Source: Ruminococcus sp.
Lineage (GTDB): Bacteria > Bacillota > Clostridia > Oscillospirales > Ruminococcaceae
Assembly (NCBI GenBank): GCA_015066665.1
Contig: SVNX01000003.1
Span: 39,074 to 103,073 of the forward strand
Direction of reading: 5' to 3'
DNA: 64,000 bases
Position 1 is the first letter of the stretch. The number at the start of each line of letters is the position of its first letter. Below the pieces are notes generated by a model, which searched no databases, was not told the DNA's origin, and worked only from the letters and a program-made list of their open reading frames with translations. Below are positions 38,421 to 47,740 of the stretch, piece after piece. The position numbers were made by a program, and so were the translations under genes.

Positions 38421-39836
38421 ATGAACGCAGAAAGCGTGACACTGAACATTGCCGGCGAAGAAATGCCCGGCGCCTGGGCGGCAGGGGCAACCTATGCCAT
38501 CACCAGAGCCAATACGCCGTTTCTGCTGATCGTGGCAGAACGTGAGGATGCATTTCTGGACGCCATTCTGTATCAGAAGGGCGGTGCCGGACTGCTGGCA
38601 CAGGTCAAAATCCCCATGCAGATGATGCAGTGCCTGACGGATAAGCTGACGGGTGCATTCATGCAGCAGATTCTTCTGCGGCAGAAGCATGCACCGACGC
38701 GTGTGAATGAAGTGCTGCGTGATTTTTCCGCACTCTTCCGCCGGTCTCCCGAGGCGCAGCAGCTGTTTCAGCAGCTGGCAGGCATTGTCACAGCCGATCC
38801 GAATCAGCTGACGTTTTCCGGCATTCAGCCGGTCTTCCGCAAGCTGGTGCAGACCTGCGAGCTTGAGCCCGTCATGTATCCCCAGATCCTTCGGAAAAGG
38901 GGCATCGAAAATACAATGATGCAGCTCTATGCGGCCTCTTTGACAGAATGGAATCAGCTGACAGCCCTGCTTCGTGATTTTCTGCGCAGGCAGGCCGTCT
39001 GGCTGAATGAACCGAATGCCGATCTGCAGATCCATTTCTGCGGCAGTATCCGTAAGCTGGCCGTACTGGCCGAGCCCTCTGCCGTGCACAAGTCCACGAT
39101 ACAGATGAATCAGAACAGCCGTGACATGCTCTATGGCATGACCATGGAAATGCTCCGTGTACCTGAAAAACAAACGCCGTGGCGGATGCAGATGGCTATT
39201 TATGCCGGAGATTACGAAAAAATGATGCTGGAAGGCTATCACAATTTCCAGGCGAGAACGGCCGGTGCGCAGAATGCGGAAACCCATCCGGCAAACGTCC
39301 GTGTTTTCCACGATACTGTGCTCTCGCTGCCGGCGGAGTTTGGCATCTATGCAGGCAGTGTACAGGGGAGAAAGCTTCCTGTGAACGGCAGCCTCGTGCA
39401 GACCTCACCGCTTGACGGCAGTCTTTTGATTGCTCCCTTTTCTGATGCATTTTCGACCCTGATTGCGCAGGGCAAGGTCACTGTACAGAACATGCAGTGG
39501 ACGGCCGAGGGCGACAATCTGCAGTTCACCGTGGAATTCACCCATGAGGGACGCAGCATCCGTCCGGCACCGCGTATCTATACACCACAGGATGTGTGCC
39601 GTGTAACGACACCCCCTGAACTGATTTTGTTCCGCACGCCGGGCACCTCCGGGATGCATGTGCGGATGGAGAATACCACCATGCAGGCTGCACTTTACGG
39701 CGGCATCCGGCGAGGAAAGGCTGTTCAGGCGCAGGCCGGCATGTATCGGTATTATTTTAAACTGTATCGGGATGATGCATTCCTTGGGCAGTTCGATTAT
39801 CTCCTGGCGAAAGGAGTGAGTGCAGGCAATGAATGA
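38421..39836 (+). CDS. Cluster gene C: hypothetical protein sharing a ~75-aa module with giant protein B
   Basis: [20 protein letters not shown]...[26 protein letters not shown] aligns with ALAPFSSEFADMVANKQIRL...WEFFVEFEYKRRNMKTKTRVYKPEEQ in B. Confidence 0.6.
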   Translation: MNAESVTLNIAGEEMPGAWAAGATYAITRANTPFLLIVAEREDAFLDAILYQKGGAGLLAQVKIPMQMMQCLTDKLTGAFMQQILLRQKHAPTRVNEVLRDFSALFRRSPEAQQLFQQLAGIVTADPNQLTFSGIQPVFRKLVQTCELEPVMYPQILRKRGIENTMMQLYAASLTEWNQLTALLRDFLRRQAVWLNEPNADLQIHFCGSIRKLAVLAEPSAVHKSTIQMNQNSRDMLYGMTMEMLRVPEKQTPWRMQMAIYAGDYEKMMLEGYHNFQARTAGAQNAETHPANVRVFHDTVLSLPAEFGIYAGSVQGRKLPVNGSLVQTSPLDGSLLIAPFSDAFSTLIAQGKVTVQNMQWTAEGDNLQFTVEFTHEGRSIRPAPRIYTPQDVCRVTTPPELILFRTPGTSGMHVRMENTTMQAALYGGIRRGKAVQAQAGMYRYYFKLYRDDAFLGQFDYLLAKGVSAGNE

Positions 39837-41544
39837 TGAGAATCAGATGGGTTTTAACCCGTGGGGCATGGATTTCGGTGACCTCGGCGAACCCGTGAAA
39901 AAGAAAACGTCCCCGCCGGCACCGCAGCCCAGCCCCGAACCGGAAGCAGAAGCCCTTCCCGAAATCCCGAATTTCTTCGGCGGCTTCGGCGATCTCGGCG
40001 AGCCTGTGAAGAAGGCCGAACCGAAACCGGAACCCAAGCCGGAACCCGAGCCAACGCCCGAACCGGAAGCAGAAGCCCTTCCCGAAATCCCGAATTTCTT
40101 CGGCGGCTTCGGCGATCTCGGCGAGCCTGTGAAGAAGGCCGAACCGAAACCGGAACCCAAGCCCGAGCCGAGCCCCGAACCGGAAGCAGAAGCCCTTCCC
40201 GAAATCCCGAATTTCTTCGGCGGCTTCGGCGATCTCGGGGAGCCTGTGAAGAAGGCCGAACCGAAACCGGAACCCAAGCCCGAACCCGAGCCGACGCCTG
40301 AACCGGAAGCAGAAGCTCTTCCCGAAATCCCGAATTTCTTCGGCGGCTTCGGCGATCTCGGGGAGCCTGTGAAGAAGGCCGAACCGAAACCGGAATCCAA
40401 GCCGGAACCCGAGCCGACGCCTGAACCGGAAGCAGAAGCCCTTCCCGAAATTCCGAATTTCTTCGGCGGTTTCGGCGATCTCGGCGAGCCTGTGAAGAAG
40501 GCCGAACCGAAACCGGAACCCAAGCCCGAACCCGAGCCGACGCCCGAACCGGAAGCAGAAGCCCTTCCCGAAATCCCGAATTTCTTCGGCGTCTTCGGCG
40601 ACCTCGGCGAGCCTGTGAAGAAGGCCGAACCGAAACCGGAACCCAAGCCGGAACCCGAGCCGACGCCTGAACCGGAAGCAGAAGCTCTTCCCGAAATTCC
40701 GAATTTCTTCGGCGGCTTCGGCGATCTCGGTGAGCCTGTGAAGAAGGCTGAACCGAACCCGGAACCCAAGCCTGAACCCGAACCGAGCCTCGAACCGGAA
40801 GCAGAAGCCCTTCCCGAAATCCCGAATTTCTTCGGCGGCTTCGGCGATCTCGGCGAGCCTGTGAAGAAGGCCGAACCGAAACCGGAACCCAAGCCCGAAC
40901 CCGAGCCGACGCCCGAACCGGAAGCTGCTGCTATGGATGAGTGCACAGGCACGGAGGATGTACAGGAAGAACCGGCTGTCGGCTTTGATACACCTTTTGC
41001 TGCAGAAACGGAGGAAGCCCCTGCATCTCCCGCCCTCCCGGATGCACCGGACGAGGCGGATCTGGCCTTGTTTGACGCAGCGGAGACGGAAGAACCCGTC
41101 GGGGAAGAAGCTTCAGTCTGGGATGATGCGGTCATGGAGCCGTGCTATGATTCCGATGAAATCACCGCAGCACTGCCGGACAAGGATCCCTACTGCCGAC
41201 TGACTGTGCCCGCCGTTTCGGAGGATGCCCTCTGGAAGGCAGAATGCCGCAGTGCCATGCCGGCCGACGGCGAAGCCATGCTCGAAAGCGTGCTGCAATG
41301 GATGCAGGGAAGTGAGAAGGTCTTCCATTATCCGAGAATCCCGCTGGGTGACCGCGGATGGAGTGTGGAGGAGATTCTGAAGCATCCGGCTGTCCGCAGC
41401 GAAATCACCCGCAGCGGTGCCAAGCTCTGGGAGGAAACCATCCGCCAGTCCGAGACGGGAACCGCACCCGACTGGATTCGTCTGGCATGGAACCGCAAAA
41501 TGATGCAGCATGCGGTGGACTACTTCATGATCTGTATGCGATAA
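39829..41544 (+). CDS. Cluster gene D: FG-motif / PEPK-spacer tandem-repeat protein with a globular C-terminal domain
   Basis: 9 [10 protein letters not shown] motifs, 8 of them preceded by [14 protein letters not shown] is 12 nt after an AAGGAG RBS and overlaps the end of gene C by 8 nt. Confidence 0.7.
   Translation: MNDENQMGFNPWGMDFGDLGEPVKKKTSPPAPQPSPEPEAEALPEIPNFFGGFGDLGEPVKKAEPKPEPKPEPEPTPEPEAEALPEIPNFFGGFGDLGEPVKKAEPKPEPKPEPSPEPEAEALPEIPNFFGGFGDLGEPVKKAEPKPEPKPEPEPTPEPEAEALPEIPNFFGGFGDLGEPVKKAEPKPESKPEPEPTPEPEAEALPEIPNFFGGFGDLGEPVKKAEPKPEPKPEPEPTPEPEAEALPEIPNFFGVFGDLGEPVKKAEPKPEPKPEPEPTPEPEAEALPEIPNFFGGFGDLGEPVKKAEPNPEPKPEPEPSLEPEAEALPEIPNFFGGFGDLGEPVKKAEPKPEPKPEPEPTPEPEAAAMDECTGTEDVQEEPAVGFDTPFAAETEEAPASPALPDAPDEADLALFDAAETEEPVGEEASVWDDAVMEPCYDSDEITAALPDKDPYCRLTVPAVSEDALWKAECRSAMPADGEAMLESVLQWMQGSEKVFHYPRIPLGDRGWSVEEILKHPAVRSEITRSGAKLWEETIRQSETGTAPDWIRLAWNRKMMQHAVDYFMICMR
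39874..40926 (+). repeat. In-frame tandem repeat: 8 full copies of 123 bp (one is 117 bp) plus a partial first copy
   Basis: Copy starts measured at 39961, 40084, 40201, 40324, 40447, 40570, 40693 and 40816. Only scattered substitutions between copies. Confidence 0.95.
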
Positions 41545-41573
41545 AAATAAATAGGAATAGGAGGAGATTTGAT

Positions 41574-43145
41574 TTGGCAAAGTTGATGTATGAAAATGAA
41601 GTCGACGGCGACGGCTTTCCGGAGTGCAAAGATCAGACAAACACAATGCAGCTGTCGTTCAGCGAAGTCAGGGAACACAACTACATCTTTGATACTGTGC
41701 TTGTCGGAGACGGCACAATGATGAAATTCTGCTACAATGAGGAGCAGGATCAGCTCTATGCATTCGAAGTGAATCCCGAAACCGGCGAGGCAGCGGAGAA
41801 TGTGACCGTGCATGCGATCTTCGATCAGGAGCTTGAACTTGAAAAGGGCACCTATACCATCGAGCTGGAAGGCGATACCTTTGCGGTGACAAAGGAAGAG
41901 CAGTCCGTTCTTAAGGGCGGCAGCGTCAGTGCGCTTGTCAGCGGCAGGGATGCCAACAAGATGGTGCTGAAGAACAATGTCGAAGCCGGCAAGGAATATC
42001 TCGCTGAGAATCAGTCCGGTGACGCCGTCACCGATGCACCGGCTGCCGAAGTTCAGACCGATGCCCCTGCTGCGGAGACTCCGCAGGCAACTGAGGAAAC
42101 TTTTGCGACACTTTCAGTGGAGCAGCCGTCCACAGAAACCGCTGCAGCAGGCGATGAGGGCGGCGGCAGTCCTGTTCTTGTGATTCTGCTTATCGTGGCA
42201 GCTGTCGCCGCACTGCTGGCATGCGGTGCTGCGGCTGTGTTTGCTGTGATGTTCAAAAAAGCCAAGAGTGAAACGGATATGCTCAAAAAGAAGGTGCGTG
42301 CACTTCAGAATGAGAGCAGCAGCAAGACCATGCTGATTGATGAAGCCAAGGCAAGCAGACATCAGAGCGAAGGTGCCATCGAGACGCTTGAATCCGAAAA
42401 TAACGAGCTGAGAGCCATGAACCAGAAGCTGATGCAGAACGAAAAGGCATGGGAACAGAAGCTCAATGATATGCATGCCGATGCCACACAGAAGCTCGAG
42501 GAGAAGGACGCACAGCTTGCCAAGATGCGCAGCACTGCCGAGGCGTGGAAGGAATACGCCGAAAAATGGAAAAATTATGCCGATCAGCTGAAGCAGTATT
42601 CGGATCGTATGGAAGGCAATGTGCAGCAGCTCGTACAGAGACTGATCAATTACGAGCAGGTCAATGCCGAACTTCTGGCATCGCAGGCACCCGCTGCACC
42701 CGATGCACCGGAACAGACCGAGCAGACGGCCCCTGCTGCAGAACCCGAGTTCACACCGGAACCCGAGGAGACACTGGAGGACAGAGCACTGCGGATCTCT
42801 CTTGATCTCGATGAGGTCGACCGCTATCCGGAAGCCGTCTTCCTGAATGTGGCCAATATGATGACCGGTGAGGTGCGCCTGAGTGCCGCTTCCTCCTACA
42901 GAACGGCACCCATCGTGCTGATCGGCCGGTATCTGTACCTGAATCCCTATTTCTTTGTGGATCTGCCCAAGCGCAGAGAGTCGGTCAATAACCTCAGAAG
43001 TGTGGAGGCCATTTATGAGATTTCCGGACTGGGCGGCGGCAATCTGCCCTATGGACTGGATTACATCAGCCCGGCACAGGCCACCGATATTGACGGCAAG
43101 AGCTTCCGTCTTGACAGCAAGGGCCGCATGACCGTCAGTGCGTAG
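41574..43145 (+). CDS. Cluster gene E: single-pass membrane protein (N-terminal domain, TM, coiled coil, conserved C-terminal domain)
   Basis: TTG start 7 nt after a GGAGGAG RBS, with an alternative ATG at 41586. TM PVLVILLIVAAVAALLACGAAAVFAVMF followed by KK. Heptad-rich segment. C-terminal domain is paralogous to gene F. Confidence 0.65.
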   Translation: MAKLMYENEVDGDGFPECKDQTNTMQLSFSEVREHNYIFDTVLVGDGTMMKFCYNEEQDQLYAFEVNPETGEAAENVTVHAIFDQELELEKGTYTIELEGDTFAVTKEEQSVLKGGSVSALVSGRDANKMVLKNNVEAGKEYLAENQSGDAVTDAPAAEVQTDAPAAETPQATEETFATLSVEQPSTETAAAGDEGGGSPVLVILLIVAAVAALLACGAAAVFAVMFKKAKSETDMLKKKVRALQNESSSKTMLIDEAKASRHQSEGAIETLESENNELRAMNQKLMQNEKAWEQKLNDMHADATQKLEEKDAQLAKMRSTAEAWKEYAEKWKNYADQLKQYSDRMEGNVQQLVQRLINYEQVNAELLASQAPAAPDAPEQTEQTAPAAEPEFTPEPEETLEDRALRISLDLDEVDRYPEAVFLNVANMMTGEVRLSAASSYRTAPIVLIGRYLYLNPYFFVDLPKRRESVNNLRSVEAIYEISGLGGGNLPYGLDYISPAQATDIDGKSFRLDSKGRMTVSA

Positions 43146-43178
43146 AATCAAATAACATGATACGGAGAAGAGGATGCT

Positions 43179-44621
43179 ATGGTCGTTTCAATTATTTTCA
43201 ACGTCATTCTGCTCCTGTTCGGCGCTTTCTGCGTGTGGAGCATTTATGTGTACAACGGCAGACTGCGGCAGCTGGATGAGGATAAGCAGCGTCTGCGTGA
43301 AGAACGCAACGCTGCCGTTCAGGAGCTGAACGAGAAGAAATTCCTGCATTCCTATCATAACCGTCCTGAGGCTGTGCAGCAGCAGGAGGAACAGATGAAG
43401 ACACTGTCCGATGAGAATCGCAGACTCCGTCAGGCACTTGCGCAGTATCATCAGGGACATGTTCCCGGAATCCAGGAAATGACAAAGCAGATCAATTCCA
43501 TGAAGATGCGTAATCAGGCACTGGATGATCAGATCAAGCAGATGAAGAACCGGGAGTTCTCCCTCGAGTCGGAGATCAAGGGCCTCAAGAATACCATTGA
43601 TGCCCTCGAACGGACAACACCGGGTTCGTCCGCAGCGGCCGGCAGTGCGGAAACCGTACAGCTTCGAGCCAGAGCGCAGGAGCTGGAGGAGGCACTGGCA
43701 CGCAAGACCAAAGAATGGAATGAGCTTGACATCCGCTGCAGGAAGCTGGAAGCCCGCATCGATCAGGATAACGAGGACGATAAGGTGCTCCGCCGCCAGC
43801 AGACCGAGGAAACCGAGGTACTGCAGAACCGTGTGCAGACACTGAACCGTCAGATTGAGACGGAACGGGATCAGTTCAGGGAGAAGTATGCAGAGCTGAT
43901 GCAGCAGCAGAAGGCGCTTGAGGAACAGAGCCGTGTGCGTGAGCAGGAGCTGGAAGCCCTGCAGAGCCGCATCCGGAGTATGGAATCGGCACTCTATGAC
44001 GCCCAGATGGGCAAGGATGCTGCCCCCGAAAGCGCTTATGACCGCCGCACTGTGGAGGCGGCCCTGAGACAGAAGGAAGATGAAATTACCCGTCTTGAGC
44101 AGCGTGTGGCTTCCATGGAACGGGATGTGACCTACCTGCAGAAGGAGTGCCGTGCCAAGACCAGAGCCTATGAGGAGCTGCAGAAGGATCAGACAGCACT
44201 CGAGAGAGCATATGAACGTCTTCTTGCAGAGCAGGAAGAAATTGTGCCCGAGGAGGTGGAAGATGCATCGGCAGACTATCTGCGGATGGCAACGGACTGC
44301 GATGCCCTTGATGAGGAAACGGAGGCACTGTATCTGCACATGAGTGTGGATCTGTCCGGCGGTGTGCGTCTGACCAATTCCGGCAGCTTCCGGAATGCAG
44401 CCGTTGTCCTTTTGCCGGACGGTGCGCTGATCCCCAATCCCTATTACTACAGAATGCCCGTGAGCGGACTTGATCTGATGGGTCTGGAGCGGCTGTTTGC
44501 CCTGCCGGAAGGTCTGGTGAAAGCGGAGCATTACCGTCTGACCGAGGTGGAACCGGCACGGGCCGAAGACCGCAGCGGCAGCATTGTGGTAACGGCACGG
44601 GGGCGTCTCGGAATCGGATAA
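43179..44621 (+). CDS. Cluster gene F: N-terminally anchored coiled-coil protein with the same C-terminal domain as gene E
   Basis: TM at residues 2-25, about 330 aa of E/Q/R/L-rich coiled coil and a C-terminal ..GGVRLTNSGSFRNAAVVLLPDGALIPNPYYY.. domain. Confidence 0.7.
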   Translation: MVVSIIFNVILLLFGAFCVWSIYVYNGRLRQLDEDKQRLREERNAAVQELNEKKFLHSYHNRPEAVQQQEEQMKTLSDENRRLRQALAQYHQGHVPGIQEMTKQINSMKMRNQALDDQIKQMKNREFSLESEIKGLKNTIDALERTTPGSSAAAGSAETVQLRARAQELEEALARKTKEWNELDIRCRKLEARIDQDNEDDKVLRRQQTEETEVLQNRVQTLNRQIETERDQFREKYAELMQQQKALEEQSRVREQELEALQSRIRSMESALYDAQMGKDAAPESAYDRRTVEAALRQKEDEITRLEQRVASMERDVTYLQKECRAKTRAYEELQKDQTALERAYERLLAEQEEIVPEEVEDASADYLRMATDCDALDEETEALYLHMSVDLSGGVRLTNSGSFRNAAVVLLPDGALIPNPYYYRMPVSGLDLMGLERLFALPEGLVKAEHYRLTEVEPARAEDRSGSIVVTARGRLGIG

Positions 44622-44719
44622 TATCCCCCTGCGGTGCAGGGTACAAATCGTTACGGAAAATGGCCATGCTGCGTCGTGGCCATGCCGTAGCGCATTTTGC
44701 ATTTATGGAGTGCTGATAT

Positions 44720-46258
44720 GTGAGGCCGGAGACCGGCGGCAGATATCAGTACTGCAATCAAATATATATCAGCAGAATGGAGGCGTTACGCTTGGATAAA
44801 GCAAGACCGAATATCGCTTTGGTGGAAGAAAACAAAGCAATGAAGCAGGAAATTCGTGCCATGGAGGAGCACCATCGCAAGCAGCTGGCCGAAGTGAAGG
44901 CTGCACTGGAACAAAAAGAACAGGCACTTGCCGCACTGCGTCAGCAGACGGAGAGCATGGAGCAGCAGACCGCCCAGCTGCAGGCTGCTGCCGCACAGGC
45001 ACAGTCCGAGGCAGCCGCACTGCGTGAGGGAAGTGAAAAGCTGCAGAACCAGAGTGCCCGCTTCAAGAGGGATTATGCTGCCCTGCAGGAGAAATATTAT
45101 AAGCTCAACGACAGCTCAAGAGAACGCATTGCGGCACTCCAGAAGGAACTGGCCGCAGTACATGCAGAGAATCCCGAAAGTCCGCAGGAACAGCTGCAGG
45201 CACTGCAGCAGGAGAAGGAAGACCTTCAGCAGAAGCTTGCGGCACAGAAAACAAGATACACCCGTGAGCTGAGCTTCTGGGAGGAGAAGTACCGGAAGTT
45301 CTATGATGATGCCATGCTCAAGATCAGTGCGAGAGACAATGCCATTGCCGTTCTCCGCCGCCAGAACCAGACCGATGAGACGGAAAAGCTGATCGCAGCC
45401 AAGAACGAGGAAATCACCGTTCTGCGTAAGGAACTGACCGAGCGCACCCAGGCCTTCCAGCGTGAAATGAGCCTGCTTGAACAGCGCCACCGCAAGCTGT
45501 ATGAAAGTGCCATGGCAAAGCTTAATGCCAAGGACAGAGAGATCGCAGAGCTGCGTCACCGCTATGAGACATCCGACATGGCAAGAGCAACGGATGCCCT
45601 GCGTCAGGAGAATGAACGCCTCAGCAATGAGCTGGAAATGCGTAAGGATACTCATGCAAGAGAAATCAAAACCTGGCAGAAACGCCACAAGAAGCTCTAT
45701 GAGGATACCATGGAGCAAATCCGTCGCCTTGAGAATGAGCTGGCCGCTTACCGCAAGGAAGAGCCCGGCCGGAAGGGCTTTGCTACCCCCGAAGAGGAAT
45801 TGCTCGCCTGGGATCTGGAATACCAGCGTGAGCTGAGCGGCTGGGAGACCCAGTACCGCAAGCCCGCAGAGGATACCTCTGTGCAGGAAGAGAATCAGCC
45901 GGTATCTCTTTCGGATATTCAGTCCATCGCAAGGGACGAGGCGCATGCCGGAAAGCGCATTCCCACCGCTCAGAAGCCTGCGGCCAAGCCCGCAGTGCTC
46001 AGCCCCGTGGATGTGCTCCGACAGGAGAACGAGAAGCTCCGTCAGGCACTCGAGGCTGAACAGCAGGCACATCAGCAGGACAAGGCCGCACTCACCGCAG
46101 AGCGTGAGAAGCTCGCATCCCAGATGCTCTCGGGTCTTGATCAGCGAGACCGCATCATCGAGGCACTGCAGACAAGCCTTGCTGCATGGCAGACTTCTTC
46201 CGCAGAGCTGAGAAATCTTTGTCAGCCCGCCGATCGGGAGCAGGGCGGCAAGGCATAA
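44720..46258 (+). CDS. Cluster gene G: soluble coiled-coil protein with ~65-aa internal repeats
   Basis: GTG start after GGAG, with an alternative ATG at 44777. Repeated R-E-x-(S/K)-x-W-x-x-(K/R)-(Y/H)-(R/K)-K-(F/L)-Y-(D/E)-x-(A/T)-M units. Confidence 0.65.
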   Translation: MRPETGGRYQYCNQIYISRMEALRLDKARPNIALVEENKAMKQEIRAMEEHHRKQLAEVKAALEQKEQALAALRQQTESMEQQTAQLQAAAAQAQSEAAALREGSEKLQNQSARFKRDYAALQEKYYKLNDSSRERIAALQKELAAVHAENPESPQEQLQALQQEKEDLQQKLAAQKTRYTRELSFWEEKYRKFYDDAMLKISARDNAIAVLRRQNQTDETEKLIAAKNEEITVLRKELTERTQAFQREMSLLEQRHRKLYESAMAKLNAKDREIAELRHRYETSDMARATDALRQENERLSNELEMRKDTHAREIKTWQKRHKKLYEDTMEQIRRLENELAAYRKEEPGRKGFATPEEELLAWDLEYQRELSGWETQYRKPAEDTSVQEENQPVSLSDIQSIARDEAHAGKRIPTAQKPAAKPAVLSPVDVLRQENEKLRQALEAEQQAHQQDKAALTAEREKLASQMLSGLDQRDRIIEALQTSLAAWQTSSAELRNLCQPADREQGGKA

Positions 46259-46288
46259 CCTACATATTGACAGAAAGGAGCCGCACTG

Positions 46289-47716
46289 ATGCAGGATCTG
46301 TTTGAACGTGTGCGTGAATATTATTATCAGGAGCGCGGCCGGAGCTGGGAACAGAACTGGGAGCCGTATCAGGTGGAATCCCAGGGCCGCTGGACACGGA
46401 TTTCGTCTCGGAATCGGGATGATCTGCGCAGACTGCATGCGGCAGTGTTTCTGTTTGCGAAAAACGGCGTGCTCGGGCAGGAGGAAGCCCGTGCCATGCT
46501 GGAGGAAAAAATGGAGCTGGCCGGCCGGATCCGCACGCTTGGCAGTGCATCGAACTTTACGGTTACTGTGGATTATGCCGCCGTGTATCCCATTATGGAA
46601 GAGAATGTGACGGTTGGCTATGATGTACTGCTGCGGTACATGCCGGAGCAGAGCGTGTGTGAACGTCTCGGCCGTGATATTCCCTTGCAGGAACGTGTCC
46701 GCTGCCTTCTTCGGACAGATACGCCCGAAGCGGCAGCCCAGCGTGATGCACTTGGAGCACAGCTTGTCCGCAGCATTGCCATGGCCATACAGGAGATGGC
46801 ACATGCCGGACTGCACCACGGCCACATCAGCCCCGATACCCTCCTTGCACGCAGCAGCGAGGGTGTGACTGAATTTGCACTGCAGGTGCCGGGGCTGGAG
46901 CGCTTTCTGAAAAGCGATGCGGAGGATCGTCTGGTGACGGATCTGTATACTGCTCCCGAGCTGCTGCTTGATCCGGCGCAGAATTTTGACATGCAGACCG
47001 ATCTGTATGCCGCCGGTCTGCTGCTCTATCAGCTGCTCAATGAGGGAAAGCTGCCGTTCGAGTCGGAGAAGGTTTCGCCGGATGAGGCCGCACGCATCCG
47101 CATGCAGGGTGCAGAGGAATTGCCCCTCCCGAGAAACGGCTGCCGTCTTTTGCAGTACATCGCAAGAAAATGCTGTGCTCACGACAGGTCGCATCGCTAT
47201 GCGGATGCGGCGGAGCTGCTTGAAGATCTGCGGCGTATGGGCAGCAGCTTCCTGACCGGATATGATCCGGCAGAAGTGGTGACCCGTTCGGAACGTGCCT
47301 GCACAGAAGCGACAGAGGCGGCTGCTGCGGAAGAAGCCTCCTGGGCTGAGAAGTACCATGCGCTCGAAGAAGAGACCGCCCGTCTTCTCAGAGAAAAGGA
47401 TGAGCAGCTCCGCAGACTGCACGAAACCGCCGCACAGTGGCGTGCCTACAGTGAAAAATATCAGGAGAATGCAAAGATGTGGCAGAACTACGCCAATCAG
47501 CTCAAGCAGCAGGTGGATTATCTGCAGCAGAGTCTCCAGCAGAATCCGCAGCCGGTTCGTCAGGATATGATGGCCCAGCGTATGGCATCACCCATGCCTG
47601 CGGACGGCGGCGTTAAGGATACACTGAACAATGTCTTCTCCTCCATTTTTGGCGGAGAACAGAACAAGCCCCCCATGCCGGACGGGGATATCTTCAAAAT
47701 GCTCGGCGGAAAGTAA
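46289..47716 (+). CDS. Cluster gene H: kinase-fold protein lacking catalytic residues (pseudokinase candidate) with a coiled-coil tail
   Basis: Kinase C-lobe pattern GLHHGHISPDTLL..QVPGLERF..YTAPELL..DLYAAGLLLYQLLNEGKLPF..HDRSHRY. HRD is replaced by HGH and DFG by PGL, and there is no G-loop. Confidence 0.65.
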   Translation: MQDLFERVREYYYQERGRSWEQNWEPYQVESQGRWTRISSRNRDDLRRLHAAVFLFAKNGVLGQEEARAMLEEKMELAGRIRTLGSASNFTVTVDYAAVYPIMEENVTVGYDVLLRYMPEQSVCERLGRDIPLQERVRCLLRTDTPEAAAQRDALGAQLVRSIAMAIQEMAHAGLHHGHISPDTLLARSSEGVTEFALQVPGLERFLKSDAEDRLVTDLYTAPELLLDPAQNFDMQTDLYAAGLLLYQLLNEGKLPFESEKVSPDEAARIRMQGAEELPLPRNGCRLLQYIARKCCAHDRSHRYADAAELLEDLRRMGSSFLTGYDPAEVVTRSERACTEATEAAAAEEASWAEKYHALEEETARLLREKDEQLRRLHETAAQWRAYSEKYQENAKMWQNYANQLKQQVDYLQQSLQQNPQPVRQDMMAQRMASPMPADGGVKDTLNNVFSSIFGGEQNKPPMPDGDIFKMLGGK

Positions 47717-47740
47717 CACGGAAGGAAAGGAGCCTTGGAA

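Noticed and set aside
32484-39311. A 2275-aa ORF on the minus strand, the longest ORF in the window
   Set aside because: It lies exactly antisense to cluster genes B and C. Its translation is low-complexity (G/H/L/I/A/V-rich) with no motifs. The plus-strand frame has an RBS, clear ASKHA motifs and tight operon spacing. This is a typical stop-poor antisense shadow frame in GC-rich coding DNA.
39874-40926. Regularly spaced 123-bp repeats that could superficially suggest a CRISPR-like array
   Set aside because: The repeats are contiguous with no unique spacers, stay in one open reading frame and encode a coherent protein repeat. No cas genes are nearby.
41358-41573. The upstream extension of cluster gene E, overlapping gene D by ~190 nt. 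A similar extension of gene K lies at 51553-51627.
   Set aside because: The extensions have no RBS and overlap the well-supported 3' ends of the preceding genes. Strong RBS/start combinations exist at 41574 and 51628.
45116-47422. A 768-aa minus-strand ORF. Similar long minus ORFs occur at 30722-32434, 41113-43151, 43188-44702, 48173-49354, 49410-50423 and 50460-51665.
   Set aside because: All are antisense to plus-strand cluster genes that have RBSs, paralogy relationships and recognisable motifs. Their translations are compositionally biased and lack motifs.
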